From Phoronis australis (Eukaryota; Animalia; Phoronida), in the NCBI GenBank assembly GCA_002633005.1, contig NMRA01000118.1:119564-183563 (forward strand): a stretch of DNA of 64,000 nt, given 5' to 3'. Made by a program: the position numbers and the translations under genes. Position 1 is the first letter of the stretch, and each line of letters begins with the position of its first letter. The notes beneath the pieces were generated by a model. It saw nothing but the letters and a program-made list of their open reading frames with translations, ran no database searches and was not told the DNA's origin. Of this stretch, positions 62,330 to 64,000 are shown piece after piece.

Positions 62330-63000
62330 AAAATGGCATTAATAATATTGAGAGCGAACACTACAGTGCCTAAATGTATTGCGATTGTATGAATCAAATA
62401 TGTTTATGTAAATTTAAAAGTGTTAATGTCTATTCTCCACTTACGGAAAGATTTGAAGGGCTGTAGACATATTTTTTCTATGTTTAACGACATTAAGAAA
62501 AGTTCTAAGTCAGAGTGTAAATGGGAGAGTTAGGAGATTGCCTTATGAAATTACAAAGGATGCCAATATTAGATGGTTTGAATTTAGAATATTACACAGG
62601 ATTATTGCAACAAATACTTTTTAGTCAAAATCCAAGTTCAGGTTTCTAATTTATGATAATTGTGATAAAGCTCCAGAGACGATGTCGCACCTTTTTAGGG
62701 AATGTCGCCCTGTACAAAAGTTTTTTAAGTAATTCAGAAAACTACTCCAAAAGTGTCTCATTAAGCTTCCAAATTGTCTCTCTTACAAACGTGTTGTTCT
62801 TGGACTTTATGAGACACATGATTTTCTATTTAACATTTTGCTATTACTAGTCAAACAGTACATTTACAAGGAGAGATATCACAGAAATATACCTAATATT
62901 CACAAAATTGTTACATATACTTATGAGTACTATGATGCTGAAAAATTAATTGCACCTAAAAATTTTGTGACGCAGCACGACAAAATGAGTCTCAAGTCGG
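62330..63000 (+). mobile_element. Tx1/L1-clade LINE 3' fragment (zf-RVT region)
   Basis: TKDANIRWFEFRILHRIIATNTFLVKI...NCDKAPETMSHLFREC. Confidence 0.8.
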
Positions 63001-63291
63001 AAACTATTTCCTGACCAGAATACAAACAGTTGCTTTCGGTGAAAATTAGGTCAATTTTTTGTATATTATGATTATTTATTCATTCTACTTCACAAAACAT
63101 TGCTTTAAAACAAGCAAATTTCATTTTGAAAAACATCACCTTCTCCACGACTGCATGTCTCGTGAAATTTTCGTCAAAATTTGCCGGACTTCGTGACCGC
63201 ATTGCTCAATCACCCGATGACCCAATTCACTCGTAAACGCATCAACAGTAAGGTCAAACTCTGCTCATTATACATGTAGTAAGTAATAGTT

Positions 63292-64000
63292 TACTTATCC
63301 ATACCAAATATATGTGCAAAATCATTATGATCTTGAATTTGTGGCATTTTTTGCATGTGAGTTGTGGCGAGCACGCCACTGTCTGTCATTTGGTCACTTG
63401 TTTCCGTGTACTGAGTAAAAATCTGGTCATGTATCAAAAAACCCTGGCACGCGATTTTACTTCAGTTGTAGAAGATTTCAAATTTGCAAATTTCGTCAAA
63501 ATTGACCCACGCATTGCGGAATTATAAGCCCGAGAATCTTGTCACTACCCTGAAATGACGAGCCGAAAAAAAACGGCTTTGAAGTTGCCACTTTAGGTAA
63601 AAATTCGTTCAGAATGCGCGGTCATTCTGTTCCAAATTCGATTGATGTACAAGAAATGAAGCTCATATTTTCTTCATGTTTAGAAAATATGACATACCTG
63701 TTTGTTTACAGCGTAACTTTAAGGTAGGTGTATACACTGATCAAATATCCAGGTTCCTAACTAAAATGAGTAAAAAGGGAGTTTTAACTAGTTAGACATG
63801 ACTCTGGGAGTGACAAAAATCGAAAAAAAATGTTTTTTTGTAGTTCGTTTTTTTAAAAAATCGTATTTTTTAATTTTCAACAAATCCAATTTTACCTCGA
63901 ATTTTTTTTCAAAATGCACAGGGATCATCAACTATTTCCTTACGCAATATTCTACTTATCCATACCAAATATATGTACAAAATCATTATGATCTTGATTT
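63292..64000. repeat. Direct repeat of at least 48 bp, 660 bp apart, cut by the window edge
   Basis: TACTTATCCATACCAAATATATGT.CAAAATCATTATGATCTTGA at 63293 and 63953. Confidence 0.85.

Overview
AT-rich eukaryotic (animal, probably marine protostome invertebrate) genomic DNA with one 280-N gap (21552-21831). Two host protein-coding genes are supported, both on the minus strand. (1) An SLC6 Na+/Cl- monoamine transporter of the octopamine-transporter/NET/DAT clade, for which I traced 11 in-frame GT-AG coding exons (19977 down to 1, 572 codons, running off the left edge). It carries several unusual substitutions. (2) A 2-kb uninterrupted STELLO/DUF288-like glycosyltransferase ORF (34267-36270). 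The rest is mostly decayed mobile DNA: an Academ(X)-like transposon interrupted by a Gmr1-type (PR-INT order) Gypsy element, a diverged LTR fragment of that family in an SLC6 intron, a Penelope RT fragment, a DIRS/Ngaro-like tyrosine-recombinase remnant, two Tx1/L1 fragments, an APE-type LINE plus an inverted short copy, a Kolobok element with antisense-overlapping THAP and KolX-like starts, nested Helentron/HINE-like elements carrying a ~430-bp tandem array, two more THAP remnants, MITEs and simple repeats. I found no clearly new biological system. The best leads are the divergent transporter residues, the bidirectionally coding Kolobok core, a GU-containing three-way-junction candidate near 45.25 kb, and a duplicated decayed type-II-membrane-anchor exon. 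Family assignments come from motif recognition by eye, not database searches.
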